From Nemertoderma westbladi (lineage: Eukaryota > Animalia > Xenacoelomorpha), in contig JAUCBJ010005549.1 in assembly GCA_032718475.1 (NCBI GenBank), positions 1 through 64,000 on the forward strand: a DNA stretch of 64,000 bases. Reading direction: 5' to 3'. The notes beneath the pieces are model-generated. The model had not been told where the DNA came from. It made no database searches and saw nothing but the letters and a program-made list of their open reading frames with translations. This document shows positions 1-13,160 of the stretch, one piece after another (position 1 is the stretch's first letter; each line of letters opens with the position of its first letter). Position numbers and translations under genes: made by a program.

Positions 1-182
1 CAGATGTAGGAGACATCTCGGGCACAAAGCAAATTAAAACAATGATATAAAACAACTATTTAAAATACACGACACAGATTTCTGATTGGCTTACATGTGA
101 CCGTTGCGTTCGAGTGTATAGTAAAAATTTCATTAAAAAGAAAAACATCAAATAGATACAAAATTAAATGTACAAATTACAA

Positions 183-3012
183 TTACATACGGTTAAATTT
201 AATATATGAGCTAAAATCAACAGATAACAGATCTGTCTTAAATTGTTGCAGCGTAGGAGCGTTAACAATGTTTGCTTCTAAAGAGTTCCATACGGGGACT
301 ACACGGTTATTAAATACATTTTGCACATTTACAGTTCTAGAATTAAATTGGTACAATTTGTACGAATGACCACGAGTTGTCGTTGTTGGGGCTCGACGAA
401 ATATATTATTAACATCTACTGAGACAATACCATGAATAATTTTGTATACCAATGTAAGGTCAATGTGTATTCTGCGCAATTCTAAGGGTTGGAGGTTTAA
501 AATTTCTAGACGCTTTAAATATTCTGCATTGGAATCCAAATTGCACCTTTTAAAAATCCTACGTGTGAAATAACGTTGGACGGACTCCAATTTGTCTGTG
601 AGTCCTATGAATGGTTTATTGTTAATGAACGGATTCCACACACTACTACCGTATTCAATAATTGGTCTAGCATAGGTCTTGTAGGCTTGTAAAATAGCAT
701 TAGAATTGGCTGTAGCAAAATATCGGAACAAACAGTTTATTACTTTATAGCACTTAGTGGTAACATTTTCAATATGCTGTTTAAAATGTAAATTATTATC
801 CACTTCTACACCAAGATCACGGCAGCTAAGTACATTGCTCAATACACGATTATCAATTGTGTAACTACAATTATTATTATTATTATTTCCTATTGTAAGC
901 ACATTGCACTTGTGAATGGCAATATTGAGCTGCCATTTCTTTGACCAGCTACAAAATTCATCTAAATCGGCTTGTAATTGCAACTGTTTATAAGGATTGT
1001 CAATAGTAGAAAATAATTTAGTATCGTCGGCATATAATCTCACGTTTGTATCTGTAGAAATAATATCAGGCAAGTCGTTCATAAATAATATAAAGAGCAG
1101 AGGCCCTAGGCATGAGCCTTGTGCGACACCGGATTTAACGTTTACGTATTTCGAGTATGTGTTACCAACTTTGACGCGCTGAGTGCGTCCTGTAAGTAGG
1201 CACTTTAACCAATTTAATACATTACCAGTAATTCCGTACGATTCTAGCTTAGCTATAAGTTTGCTGGTGACTACAGTATCAAATGCCTTAGCATAATCTA
1301 TGTATATGACGTCACAATATAATTTCCTATGTATAGCATCACCCCAGATTTTAGTACAATCAATTAGTTGTGTAATAGTACTTTTCTTACTTAAAAATCC
1401 ATACTGTTTATCCGTAAGTAAGTTATATGCACGCAAGAAATCAATAAGTTCAACCGCTAATATAAGTTCAAATAACCTACAAAGAGAAGATGTGAGCGAA
1501 ATTGGACGATAATTTTCGGGGATTGAACGGTCACCCTTTTTAAAACTCGCGATTATATCAGCGGTTTTCCACATCGACGGCACAAAACCATTGTCAATGG
1601 AAGACTGAAAGATATAAGCAAGAGGGGCAGCAAGTTCAAAACGCAGTAACTTTAAAATAGCCACTGGTATGCCATCCGGACAATGGCTGTACTTTAGTGG
1701 TAATTTCTTCATAGCTTTTAAAAGCTTAGATACATTAAATGAAACATTTGAAAATTGTGCATCCGTTACATTGATCAAAGGTGGGCAAATACCGTTATCA
1801 TCAACACCTACTGACGAAAACTGATTGATAAGGAATTCACATTTATCAGCAGCTGTGAAAGCAGTTTTACCATTGAGCTTGAGCGGTGATATGGAATTAA
1901 AGGTAGCACGCTTCTTATTTACAAATTTGTAAAAGGCATTTGTATCACCACAAGTTAATATATTGAACTCTTGCTTAAGACGAAAACTACGTAAAACCTC
2001 CGAGCAACGGACATTATGTTCGCGATAAATTGTTTCACCATTAGAGCTGGAGTGCCGTACCTTCCAAAGTCTGCGTTTTCTTGCTAGTAAACGCCGAATA
2101 TGAAGAGGATGTCTACGTGGGTTGCTCGTTGGTTTATACTTAGGTACATACAAGTTAAAAGCGCTAAAAATAATTTCATTAAAAGCATTTAACGATGATT
2201 CAACATTAATTGCATTAAAAACCGGGTTCCAATTCACAGAATTTAAATGGGCCCGTATACCAGGTAGATCCATTTTTCTGAAACAAAACGTTGTGGATTC
2301 AGGTACTTTGTTAAACTCATTAGGGCTCAAATTAATGTTGAAACTAAACGAAGAATGATCGCTTGTACCAAAATGTGGTAGACTACTGACACATGAGATA
2401 AAATCTTCCTCAGTAGAAAGTAAAAGGTCCAAAATATCGTTACGTCTGGTAGGAAAATTTACTAGTTGGTTAAGACTACATCTGTTGATTAAGTTATTAA
2501 AATCAACATATACTTTCTGTTGAGGAAAACTATCAGTTAACCAGTTATACTCACTGAAATTGAAATCACCGACAATAGTAGTAGGGTATTGCACTGAGCA
2601 AAGCTCTTCTAATAGTTCACACAATAAATCATTATACTCATACACTGAGAGGCAATTATTTATATAGCATGAATCAGGCGGGCGATAAATACAAACAAAG
2701 CGAGATTTAGATTTAGTGTTCAAATCGATTGCGACGCATTCAATGTTTTCAAATTTAGGTGGAATATATACCTTGGATGGGTTTAAGGAGAGATCGCACA
2801 CAATGGCAGCGCCGCCACCCTGTCTTTCGGCTCTATCTTTACGGAACAATTCAAATCTAGACTTGTAATCCCCAAGTATAGTAGCATCCTGAACCCATGG
2901 CTTCCACCACGTCTCTGTAAAACCGAGTAATTTGAACTCGCCTTGAAGAAGAGTCTCAAATTCTGCTTGTTTGGAAACGTCATTTATCGCTTGTGCATTG
3001 CAATAGTAGCAA
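183..3012 (-). CDS. CR1-clade LINE ORF2 (APE endonuclease + reverse transcriptase)
   Basis: The 888-aa ORF has APE motifs (VGDFN, SDH) and RT motifs (NYRPISLTS, QYGF, DYAKAFDTV, GVAQGSCLGP, YADD). The frame continues upstream of 2849 to ~3012 (CYYCNAQAI...GFTETWW). Confidence 0.93.
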
Positions 3013-3013
3013 G

Positions 3014-3125
3014 TAGGGCTCGATCGGAGTTGGGATTTGGCCGGAGCCGGAGCAGGAGCCGGAGCCGGAGTTGGATAATTTGGCCGGAGCCGGAGCAGGA
3101 GCCGGAGTTTTTCAAAAATTTTAAA
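3014..3125 (+). mobile_element. Probable hAT-like DNA transposon end
   Basis: Starts TAGGGCTCGATCGGAG followed by GGAGCC/GGAGCA repeats and abuts the ORF2 5' end. No partner TIR seen. Confidence 0.45.
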
Positions 3126-3756
3126 AATTTAATTATTTATTAAAAAATAAATAAAGTATATATGGTTATCGTTCGCCAATCGCTCATAATCAATCATACT
3201 GTACTGCTGTAGGTCTAATTAATTTCATAATTTATAGATTTACTAATTTTCAATTTAAAATTTAAGTAATTAATTTATCAGACAGACGGCCTGACGCTGA
3301 GGGCTAAAAATTACCTACAGTACCTAACTCACTAACTGTCTAATTGTGGTAGAGCAGTAGAGGTGTGTACTGTAGCTGTAGGTACAGAGGTAGCCTACCG
3401 TACGTGTACCAGTACTGCAGTACAGAATGCTGGCATGACTGCAGTGGTACAGTCAGACAGTGTACAATCATAGCATTTACAATTTTTTACAGTACAGCAG
3501 TAGGGCCTATCTGTAATAGTCTGCTAGTCAGCCAGCTGGCCAGTCACCAGTACCAGTACTGCAGTACAGTCAACAGTCAGTCAGTCATTGACTTAAATAA
3601 ACTTAAATAACATTGACTTCGTAAATACTGCAGTATTATGCTTGATACTGTGATATTGAAGCTGTACTACAGTACTTCTGTACTTATCAGCTTATAGTGT
3701 AAATAATTGTTCAGATTAGAATATGCACGAAATATAATACTTTATTAAAAAATTAA

Positions 3757-5247
3757 CTAAAAATTGCCAGGAGTAGTGGCCGCGGCAGAGTGCCGCTGAG
3801 GACGGCCGCTAGACAACTGCGTCGGTGGTACTTCGGTGGGGTTTGGCGACTGTTTACTGGAAAAGCGAGGTCCCTGTGAACCTTTCCGACGGTGAGAAAC
3901 CATAAGGCGCTCCGCAGCCGCGAAATCAGAGTCTGACAGGCGAACTTCGGTTCGCCAGTCTATCTTTCCGTTCTGTAGACGATTGCAAATTTTGTAACAG
4001 TTATTGGGGAAATCATATACTACCGAGAGAGTGCATGTAGGATCAGATTGCCGCATTCGGTACGCGTGTGCTCGGATAATATCCCGATGACGCCGCGCAT
4101 CTGGAGATATATCCGGGCGGATGAATACTCGTTTGTATAGGCCTAACTCACCCATTGCTAGTTTACGACGGTTGGATAGGACATTGTCCCTGTCCTCAGT
4201 GCTGTCAAAGACTACCTCGAGAAGCGTTTTGAGATCCTTAGAGCCTGCACCGTTGGTTAATCTCCGCGCAGAGACAACGTGTGCTGAGCTGCAGTCCATA
4301 TGTACCAACATTTCCTGAACAAACTCTATGTCCGAAACTCCTACAGAAGGTGGAGGGGCGTTTTCAACAAACAACAGTTTTTCTGTTCGTTGTGAGTTAA
4401 TGGTTGATTTTATTGCCTTGTTTACACAAGACTGGATGGTATCCTCCAAGCTCACTGAGGAACAGCCATTCGAAGAGCCACCGTAGGCTTTCGGTGCCGA
4501 TATAGAGTTCACTGGTTTTCGAGTAGGTTTGTTCCGCCGACTGCCAGTTTGAGGAACCGTAGTCCACTCAGGTTCGGTGACCGAGGTAGCAATGTCATCG
4601 ACATTACAGTCAACTGAAACCGAGTCGCCAATGAGGAATGCATGTAGGTCGTTGAATTGAAGGCAAAGTTTTTCCAATTTGTTATCGATATCTGTGTTAG
4701 TACCGGCTGTACCGGTACCTTTATCTGAGTCGCAGGCGGAGTTTGGTTGCGAATGACAAAACTTGCAGAAGAACGCGAGGGATTCAATTGAGCCGAGGAC
4801 GTTGTAAATGGCTGGGGGAATTTCAGAATGATGGGCGTGTTCCCATTTATTACAACGGAAACACTGAAGACCCTTGCTGATCACCTTCTTGTTACAGACC
4901 GTGCATAAAGTGTTGGAATCCGAACCCGCTGTATTGCAGTCAGTACCTCCGTGTAGCGAGTGCCGGCGACTGCTACCGGTATCAGCTGTACGAGTGCGTG
5001 TGCCACATGTAGGCGCGGCAGGCCCCCGAGCGGAAGATGGTTTACTGCGTCCACTTTCGGTACCGGTAAAGACTATTTGCGATTGTTTATCTTTCGACTT
5101 TTTTTTGGGCGAGGTAGTCTTTTTCCTGCCGGTGGGTTGTGTTTTTTGGTTGGCTTCCGATTCTGATATTATTTCAATCCCTGTCGATGATTCATCGCCG
5201 GAAAGGGGGTCGTAAGGGTTGTTTGCCGTTAGCGTTGAGGGTTTCAT
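3757..5247 (-). CDS. CR1-type LINE ORF1 with PHD finger
   Basis: PHD-like motif CTVC...LQCFRCNKWEH...FFCKFC and an ORF1-type C-terminal region (VFIRPDIS). Lies upstream of ORF2 on the same strand. Confidence 0.85.
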   Translation of the reverse strand: MKPSTLTANNPYDPLSGDESSTGIEIISESEANQKTQPTGRKKTTSPKKKSKDKQSQIVFTGTESGRSKPSSARGPAAPTCGTRTRTADTGSSRRHSLHGGTDCNTAGSDSNTLCTVCNKKVISKGLQCFRCNKWEHAHHSEIPPAIYNVLGSIESLAFFCKFCHSQPNSACDSDKGTGTAGTNTDIDNKLEKLCLQFNDLHAFLIGDSVSVDCNVDDIATSVTEPEWTTVPQTGSRRNKPTRKPVNSISAPKAYGGSSNGCSSVSLEDTIQSCVNKAIKSTINSQRTEKLLFVENAPPPSVGVSDIEFVQEMLVHMDCSSAHVVSARRLTNGAGSKDLKTLLEVVFDSTEDRDNVLSNRRKLAMGELGLYKRVFIRPDISPDARRHRDIIRAHAYRMRQSDPTCTLSVVYDFPNNCYKICNRLQNGKIDWRTEVRLSDSDFAAAERLMVSHRRKGSQGPRFSSKQSPNPTEVPPTQLSSGRPQRHSAAATTPGNF

Positions 5248-5527
5248 ACTGTCATAGCTGAAGTCTGATTACCAGTAGTTCTATTCATGTATTCCGTGTA
5301 TTCAGTGTATGTGTATGTAGCATAGCCCGTTCAATCAAACTGCAAACAGATGTACAGGCGGACAGGACGGATGGATTCAGTTAGGCCTATTGTTACTGGT
5401 AGGGGTGGTACCGCCTGTAATGTCCTATTTGCAGATTTGGTTTGGCTTGGCTGGAGAACCAAACACAAACATACTGCAGTACTGACATACCTGTCACTAC
5501 AGCACTACTGCACTAGGTCAACCTGTC

Positions 5528-5692
5528 AACTATTGGGTTTGGATGGAGATCCAAACTTTACTGCCAAGACCAACTACTGAACTATTGGGTTTGGCCAGTT
5601 GGCAGGAGATCCAAGCTTACATATTACAGTAGGCCTATTAGGGCTACCTGCCAAGGCCAACTATTGGGTTTGGCTGGAGATCCAAACTTACC
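5528..5692. repeat. Three dispersed copies of a ~33-bp motif upstream of PLC
   Basis: AACTATTGGGTTTGG..GGAGATCCAA(A/G)CTT at ~5528, ~5580 and ~5659. Confidence 0.6.
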
Positions 5693-5924
5693 TGCCACTG
5701 CTTTGTCTTGGCGGGTCGGTAATTGCATAATTGGTGTGCAGTTCTCCTATCTGCCGCTAGAGCTGTAAAGGGCAAAATGAATGAAAGTGATCTCCGCTTT
5801 ATTACCACTGTCTCCATTTCCTTACTGGTACCGGTCCGGTTGTAGCTGTACGGTACCGGTAGGGTAGGCATAATCTATTTTAACTGATTAGGGCCTATTC
5901 AGCTAATGAGTTAATTTTAAAATA

Positions 5925-6951
5925 ATGGCGAATTTAAACATCAGCGTCGAATTAGATGAGAAATCCCAACTGGAAATGGCTGAGAATTTATTATTAATGA
6001 GAAAAGGGAGTAGAATAACTCGATTTGCTCACAAAGATTGGGCTAAAACCAAAACATTAACTCTCGATAAATCTAATTATTCAATAACTTATCTGCCTTC
6101 GAAAAAACCGAAACATGGATTAAACGACAATGTAGCTTTAGTTCGAGACATAAAGGAAGTCCGGGTTGGATATAAAACCGACGTGTTTAAAGGCCATAAA
6201 AAAGCGAAAGCCAGTCATGAGAAGTCGGCATTTAGTATTGTTTTACATGAGCGTAACGAAACATGGGATATTATGACATCTAATGAGAAAGTTGCTGCTA
6301 TTTGGGTAAAAGGTTTGAAGTATTTAATGGAAACCGATGCAGAAGTATATGATGACGAGGATAAATGGGTTAGGGAAGTCTTTACAAGGGCTGATAGAAA
6401 TAAAGATCTTAAAGTTTCCTATGACGAAGCTGTTAAAGTCCTTAAACAATTGAATTTAAAGCCGGACAAAATATATACGAAACGATTATTTGAAGATTTA
6501 ACGAAAAATAAAGATAAAAAAGATCTTTATTTAAATGAAGATGAGTTTGTAACTTATTACAAGTCGTTGACACGGCGTAATGATATCCAAGAAGTGTTTG
6601 ATAATTATTGTGATTCCAAAGGGTTTATGAGTTACAACGACATTAATAAGTTCCTAACTGAGGCTCAGAGATGGAGAGACGTTAATGAAAGTCTCTGTAA
6701 GGAGTTGGTGGATTGTTTTGAGACGAACCAACATAACAGGGATGCGGGTAGACTGGGGGTCGACGGGTTTAAATCGTTTCTTCTCTCGAATTCCTGCGAG
6801 TTTTTCCACCCAAATCACAACGACGTCTACCAGGATATGAGCCATCCGTTATCTCATTATTTTATCGCCTCATCCCATAACACTTACCTAATGGAGGACC
6901 AGATATTCGGTCCTTCTTCCACCGAAGCCTACGTGCGCGCCCTAATGAGAG
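5925..6951 (+). CDS. PLCD: PI-PLC delta-type, exon 1 (PH, EF-hands, start of X box)
   Basis: PH-like N-terminus, EF-hand (ADRNKDLKVSYDE) and YQDMSHPLSHYFIASSHNTYL. Phase-1 donor AGAG|GTAATA. Confidence 0.9.
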
Positions 6952-7207
6952 GTAATAATTTAATATATAACATATATTTAATTAATTAAATTTAATTAAT
7001 TTAATACTATTGTTATTGCCTGTTTTTTTTACTAAATACGTAAATAGATAAGTATATACCGGTACCTACTTAAATTTAACTTTTTTTGATTGAATTAAAT
7101 TTATTTTAATATCTTTGTTTAACATTCTGTTAAGAGTTCAATATAGCGGTTCCGGTATATAAGTATATAATATTACTTTATTTATTAACTAAGTTTACCC
7201 GGTTCAG

Positions 7208-7510
7208 GTTGCCGTTGCGTTGAGTTAGACCTGTGGGACGGGCCAGACGGTGAACCCATAGTCTACCACGGTCACACCTTCACCTCCAAGATTACGGTTC
7301 GCGACATATTCGAGACGATCGCGAAATACGCCTTCGCGAAGAGCGACTACCCGCTGATCCTCTCCTTCGAGAACCACTGCAGCGTCCCGGTACAGGAGAG
7401 AATCGCTTACTATTTAAACACAATCCTAGCAGATTGGATCTATTCCGAAGAGCCAACCTCCGACTTCCTTCCATCTCCAGAACAATTGAAACATAAAATT
7501 ATTATAAAAG
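7208..7510 (+). CDS. PLCD: PI-PLC delta-type, exon 2 (X box)
   Basis: Acceptor TTCAG. Translates [29 protein letters not shown]...LSFENHCS...[14 protein letters not shown]. Phase-1 donor AAAG|GTTAAT. Confidence 0.92.
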
Positions 7511-8210
7511 GTTAATATTTGGTTGTTATATAAATTAATAACGTCCCTTATATTAATTATATTATATTAATAACGCGTTTTGTTCAGTTTTTATTTTAGT
7601 AGTTCAGGATTTGGAATTGTTTTTTTCAACTGCTTGTTTTTTTCATATTTTTTTTTTAAATAAAACATTTTTTTTTTTTTATACTGGTACCGGTACACAA
7701 TGATTATAATTTTTACATATATATATGTAATTAAAAGCCTTACTACAGGCCGGAATTTCCGGCCTGTAACTTAGTAATGCTGCAATGTGATTGGCTCATT
7801 GCCTATATTACAGGCTGGAAAATTGTTACAGGATGGAAAGTTTATTTTGGTCGCAAACTTAGGCCTACTCCGCCAGTAGCTTAACAACTGAATTCAACAA
7901 TTGAATTCAGTTTTTCAAGAGCTTTCTGATGATAGGCCTATGTACTTTCATGTGATTTGAAGAAATATTTTTTTTGTAAAAACTGTAGGCCTACTGGTAC
8001 TGGTTCAACTTAATTGAAAAAAAATAAAAAACTACAAAAAATACACAGAAAAACAAAAATAATTGTCCCATTATTCTTATTATTGTAATATTATGTTCAG
8101 ATTGATTTTGTATTTTACTATTAAAAATGTATTGTATCGCTTATTTCTCTATCTTATAAAACATGTATAGATTTATTACTATTGTTATATTATTATTTAA
8201 TGATACTTAA

Positions 8211-9215
8211 CACGTTAGGTGCGGCTCCGAAACCACTGGTTCTTTGTTACTGCGGATTGTGCACCGGTGAACATTCCTGTGCAGTTCCTCAACTGCGGTT
8301 TGTGCGCCGGTGCTCAATAACTTACTTTTTGAAATTACATTTTGTGGGAATGTCTTTGGGCACCGGTGCTCAAATTCACAATCATTGTATTTCTATTTAT
8401 AAAACAATGGAGAACCACCATAGAAAAAACCACATCTCAATATCTATCTCCGTCCATTCCAGAGATAGTTGTTCGAATTTCATAACAATTTTATATATTT
8501 TTTATGATTTTACTCTTACAGGGTTAACAATTTTCAAAACTGTACCAATAATTATCCCATCACATTAGTAAACTTATTAAACATAACTTAATACTTTTGG
8601 CCACTTTCGAAATTTCAGGGGGGTAACCCCATAGCAGATAATGTCTGCAGTTTAACGACCCCCCCCCCCCACCCCCCCACCACCATAAATTATTTTGGGT
8701 TTAAAAACATTTATAAAGTAAAACGATATAAAATGACATTATTATTGTTACAGCACATTTGCTCATACAATATATATTAATACATGAAAAGTAAACAAGA
8801 CAGTTATTGCTTAACTAACAATGAAATAAATCAAATAGGCCTAAATAGCTAATGCTACTGTAGATCATTTTAAAAATCCCGCCATATTTATATAATTGGA
8901 AATATTGAGCACCGGAGCTCAATCCGCACTGGCACTTGTGTACCGGTGCACAAACCCAAAAATATATATATGTGTCATACAAAGGTCACAGATACCGGAT
9001 ATGACAACAGTTGATGTATTTGAGCACCGGTGCTCAACTTATAGCCTCCGCAATAAGGGCTGGCCACGCCAAAATTAATAGCTCTGCACTACTAGGTTGC
9101 AGAGGTCATGTTCACCGGTGCTCAATCCGCAGTAAGAAGTTGACAGGGATTAAAACCTGCCCCAGTAAAGTTAAAACACGAATTGTGCACCGGTGCTCAA
9201 TCCGCAGCTAACGTG
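8211..9215. mobile_element. Non-autonomous piggyBac-like element in PLC intron 2
   Basis: TTAA on both sides (8207-8210, 9216-9219). TIR CACGTTAG(G/C)TGCGG. Repeated internal CACCGGTGCTCAA motifs. Confidence 0.85.
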
Positions 9216-9465
9216 TTAAAAATAATTGTTTTGTAGTTTTTGAAAAAATATTTTTTTCAAACCAATTAACCATAGCTTCCTATAACGGTTTTCAATAATT
9301 GTGGGATTGAAAAAAGGAATAGAAAAGAAAAAAAGGACATTATTATTACACATTAGGCCTAGTTTTTATTGTTTTACTCAAAAAAAATGTAAACAATGTG
9401 TCAATCTCTCCAACCTTTTCCTTTCCCCTTAACTCAGCAATATAATCACAATATTTACCTGGTAG

Positions 9466-10436
9466 GTAAAGGTCCTCGAGTCCCAAAAGTCGACGAAACC
9501 AACAACGATGACGGCGAAGTCAGCGACGAAGACGAAGCGGCTGACATTGACGACGAACAAGTTAAGAAGAAACTCGAGGAGGAACCCAAGAAGAAACAGC
9601 TGGTTTCCCCGGAGTTGAGCAAACTGTTCCTTATCCGGGGCGCCGGGTTCAAGGGTTTCCGGAACTCCGTAGAGAACTACACGGCGGAACAAATCTCCTC
9701 GTTAGTCGAGAGCAAGATGAACCAACTAGCTGAGGAGCAACCGGATGAGTTCGTGGAGGCCAACAAATCGAGGTTAGTCCGGATCTATCCGGCCGGACGC
9801 CGCACCAAGTCGGACAACTACAACCCGGTGCCGGCGTGGAACGTCGGCTGCCAGATAGTCGCGCTCAACTACCAGACGCCGTGCGTTGAGATGCAACTAA
9901 ACCAAGGTAAGTTCGCGCAGAACGGGGGTTCCGGGTACATCCTAAAACCGGAAGTGATGTGTCGCAACGGGTTGAGATTCGATCCCAACGGGTTAATGCC
10001 GCCCAACTTCCGGAGACAGTTAACCCTTCGTATCATTAGCGGACACGAATTCCCCAAACCGAACGCGTCCACTAAAGGTGAGGTCGTTGACCCCTACGTC
10101 AAGGTACAGATCCACGGTATACCGGCGGATAAAGCCGAGGTGCAGACCGATAGAGTAGACGATAACGGGTTCAACCCCAGGTGGGATAAAGAGTTTGTGT
10201 TCACACTAACGATGCCTCCGTTAGCGCTGATCCGGTTCGCGGTCTACGACAGGGATCCCCGCTCCTCCGACGACTTTATTTGCCAGTTTTGTCTGCCGTT
10301 CACGTCGGTACAACAAGGTTACTCACATCTACGGATGTTGAGTGAGTCCGGCGACCAACTGGAGAGGTGTTCCTTGTTTCTCTATACCGCTGTGGAAGTT
10401 CCTAAAGCGATACTGGATCCAGGTAGCCCGGTGTGA
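9466..10436 (+). CDS. PLCD: PI-PLC delta-type, exon 3 (X-Y linker, Y box, C2)
   Basis: RIYPAGRR..SDNYNP..WNVGCQIVALNYQT, then a C2 domain (DPYVKV, NGFNPRW) ending the protein. The spliced CDS is 2301 nt = 766 aa. Confidence 0.9.
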
Positions 10437-10827
10437 TCCAGGTAACCCGGTGTGATCCATGTAGCTCAGTGTGATTAATCCTATTCGATAATTGTTAGTC
10501 TCTCCGATTAATTTGCTCTACGTTTCCTTTTATACTTCCTATTCCTTCCGTTTTAACTTCCGTGTGCCAATGAGATATAATCCGGCCTAGTTATATAAAA
10601 GCAACTAATCGATTTATTATTTTAGTATTTTTTATGTTGATAAGATTTTAGTGAAAATTTTTTTATGTTTATTTGTAGTTTTCTGGTGATTTAGGTGGTT
10701 CATATATATTATTGTGTTGTTTATTTTGGGGTAAATAAAAAAAATATGTCTTAAAATCGTTTTGTTTTTAATAGTTTGTTGAAACTATTATAGTAAAAGT
10801 GTTGTTTTACTTTTTGTAACAGGGTGT

Positions 10828-12125
10828 GTTACTTTATACTAGCTTGTAGTATAAAGCGTTACTTTATACTCTCTAATAGTATAAAGCGTTACTTTATACT
10901 CTCTAATAGTATAAAGCGTTACTTTATACTCTCTAATAGTATAAAGCGTTACTTTATACTCTCTAATAGTATAAAGCGTTACTTTATACTCTCTAATAGT
11001 ATAAAGCGGTACTTTATACTCTCTAATAGTATAAAGCGTTACTTTATACTAGCTTGTAGTATAAAGCGTTACTTTATACTCTCTAATAGTATAAGGCGTT
11101 ACTTTATACTCTCTAATAGTATAAAGCGTTACTTTATACTCTCTAATAGTATAAAGCGGTACTTTATACTCTCTAATAGTATAAAGCGTTACTTTATATT
11201 CTCTAATAGTATAAAGCGTTACTTTATACTCTCTAATAGTATAAAGCGTTACTTTATACTCTCTAATAGTATAAAGCGTTACTTTATACTCTCTAATAGT
11301 ATAAAGCGTTACTTTATACTCTCTAATAGTATAAAGCGTTACTTTATACTCTCTAATAGTATAAAGCGTTACTTTATACTCTCTAATAGTATAAAGCGTT
11401 ACTTTATACTCTCTAATAGTATAAAGCGTTACTTTATACTCTCTAATAGTATAAAGCGTTACTTAATACTCTCTAATAGTATAAAGCGTTACTTTATACT
11501 CTCTAATAGTATAAAGCGTTACTTTATACTCTCTAATAGTATAAAGCGGTACTTTATACTCTCTAATAGTATAAAGCGGTACTTTATACTCTCTAATAGT
11601 ATAAAGCGTTACTTTATACTCTCTAATAGTATAAAGCGTTACTTTATACTCTCTAATAGTATAAAGCGGTACTTTATACTCTCTAATAGTATAAAGCGGT
11701 ACTTTATACTCTCTAATAGTATAAAGCGTTACTTTATACTCTCTAATAGTATAAAGCGTTACTTTATACTCTCTAATAGTATAAAGCGGTACTTTATACT
11801 CTCTAATAGTATAAAGCGGTACTTTATACTCTCTAAAGTATAAAGCGGTACTTTATATCTCTAATAGTATAAACGTTACTTTATACTCTCTAATAGTATA
11901 AAGCGGTACTTTATACTCTCTAATAGTATAAAGCGGTACTTTATACTCTCTAATAGTATAAAGCGGTACTTTATACTCTCTAATAGTATAAAGCGTTACT
12001 TTATACTCTCTAATAGTATAAAGCGGTACTTTATACTCTCTAATAGTATAAAGCGGTACTTTATACTCTCTAAGAGTATAAAGCGGTACTTTATATTAGC
12101 TAGTAGTATAAAGTTGTACCTTATA
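10828..12125. repeat. 30-bp tandem satellite, ~43 copies, internally palindromic
   Basis: Unit ACTTTATACTCTCTAATAGTATAAAGCGTT. Confidence 0.97.
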
Positions 12126-12872
12126 CTTGCTGAACTAAACACACCTGCCTGACGTAAACATACACATTGGAACCAGCGGTTATTATTTCATATCATTTTC
12201 GCAAAGTGGTTAGATTTTAATTTATGTCTGTAAAATAATTATTCAAGTTTATATATATTTAGCTGCCTAAATCACCAAGTTAATCAATAATATTGTACTG
12301 GTATAAAAGTATATATAATGTGCCATAAATATGTATATGTATGACGTATGTATTTGTATATATATTACAACACGCACATATTTCGCTACAATATATATGT
12401 ACCGTTATATATACATACAGTATATACATTATACCTTCAACCTCAACTAAATCACAAGTATAATTTACCATTATGATATATACTACACAACATATATTTA
12501 TTTATCTGTATATTAATTTATTTCCACCTCTTGTTGATTTGAGTTGAAACTCCGTGGCTTTTTATTCCTTTTTTTAATATTTTTAGGTTTTTTAACTTTT
12601 GTATATTTTATACTGGGAATTGGAATCTTGTAAAAATATTCAATTAATTGTAAAATTTAATTAAATTAAACTTCAATCTATTATTTAATCATAATTTTTG
12701 ATTATTATGATAAATTATTTCTTCCATAAAAACCCCCCATTTAGTTGTAGCACAAAAATCATTTGTATATATTTAATTTGAATTTAGTTATTATTCGCTC
12801 GTATTAATTAATTAATTATAAAACTTAGCTAATTATATAATCAATCAATTAATTATATATCAGATAAATTAT

Positions 12873-13160
12873 GGGGACGTTCATAAAAAGTATGTATAGG
12901 CTTTTAGTAAGAACTACTTCAGTCAAATGTTTCACTTTCTATTGTGCTTTCTAACTGTTATTAAATTACTGAAATAAAATATTTTTCGTCTAGGGGGGGG
13001 GGGGGGGGGGGTGGGTATAAATTTACGAAATTTTTTTTATTTGTGACAGAGGGGGGGGGGGGGTCGAGCTTGCGTGACATTTTGTGACAGAGTGGGGGGG
13101 TGGGGGGGGGGGCGGGTAAAAAACTGGAAAATTTGCGTGACATACTTTATGAGCGCCCCC
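12873..13160. mobile_element. PIF/Harbinger-like MITE
   Basis: Imperfect TIR GGGGACGTTCATAAAAAGTATGT / ACATACTTTATGAGCGCCCC, followed by TAA. Internal G-runs. Confidence 0.6.

Noticed and set aside
10824-11843. 339-aa YFILSNSIKR repeat ORF, or a CRISPR-like palindromic array
   Set aside because: It is a by-product of a stop-free 30-bp unit. There are no unique spacers or cas genes, and the context is eukaryotic.
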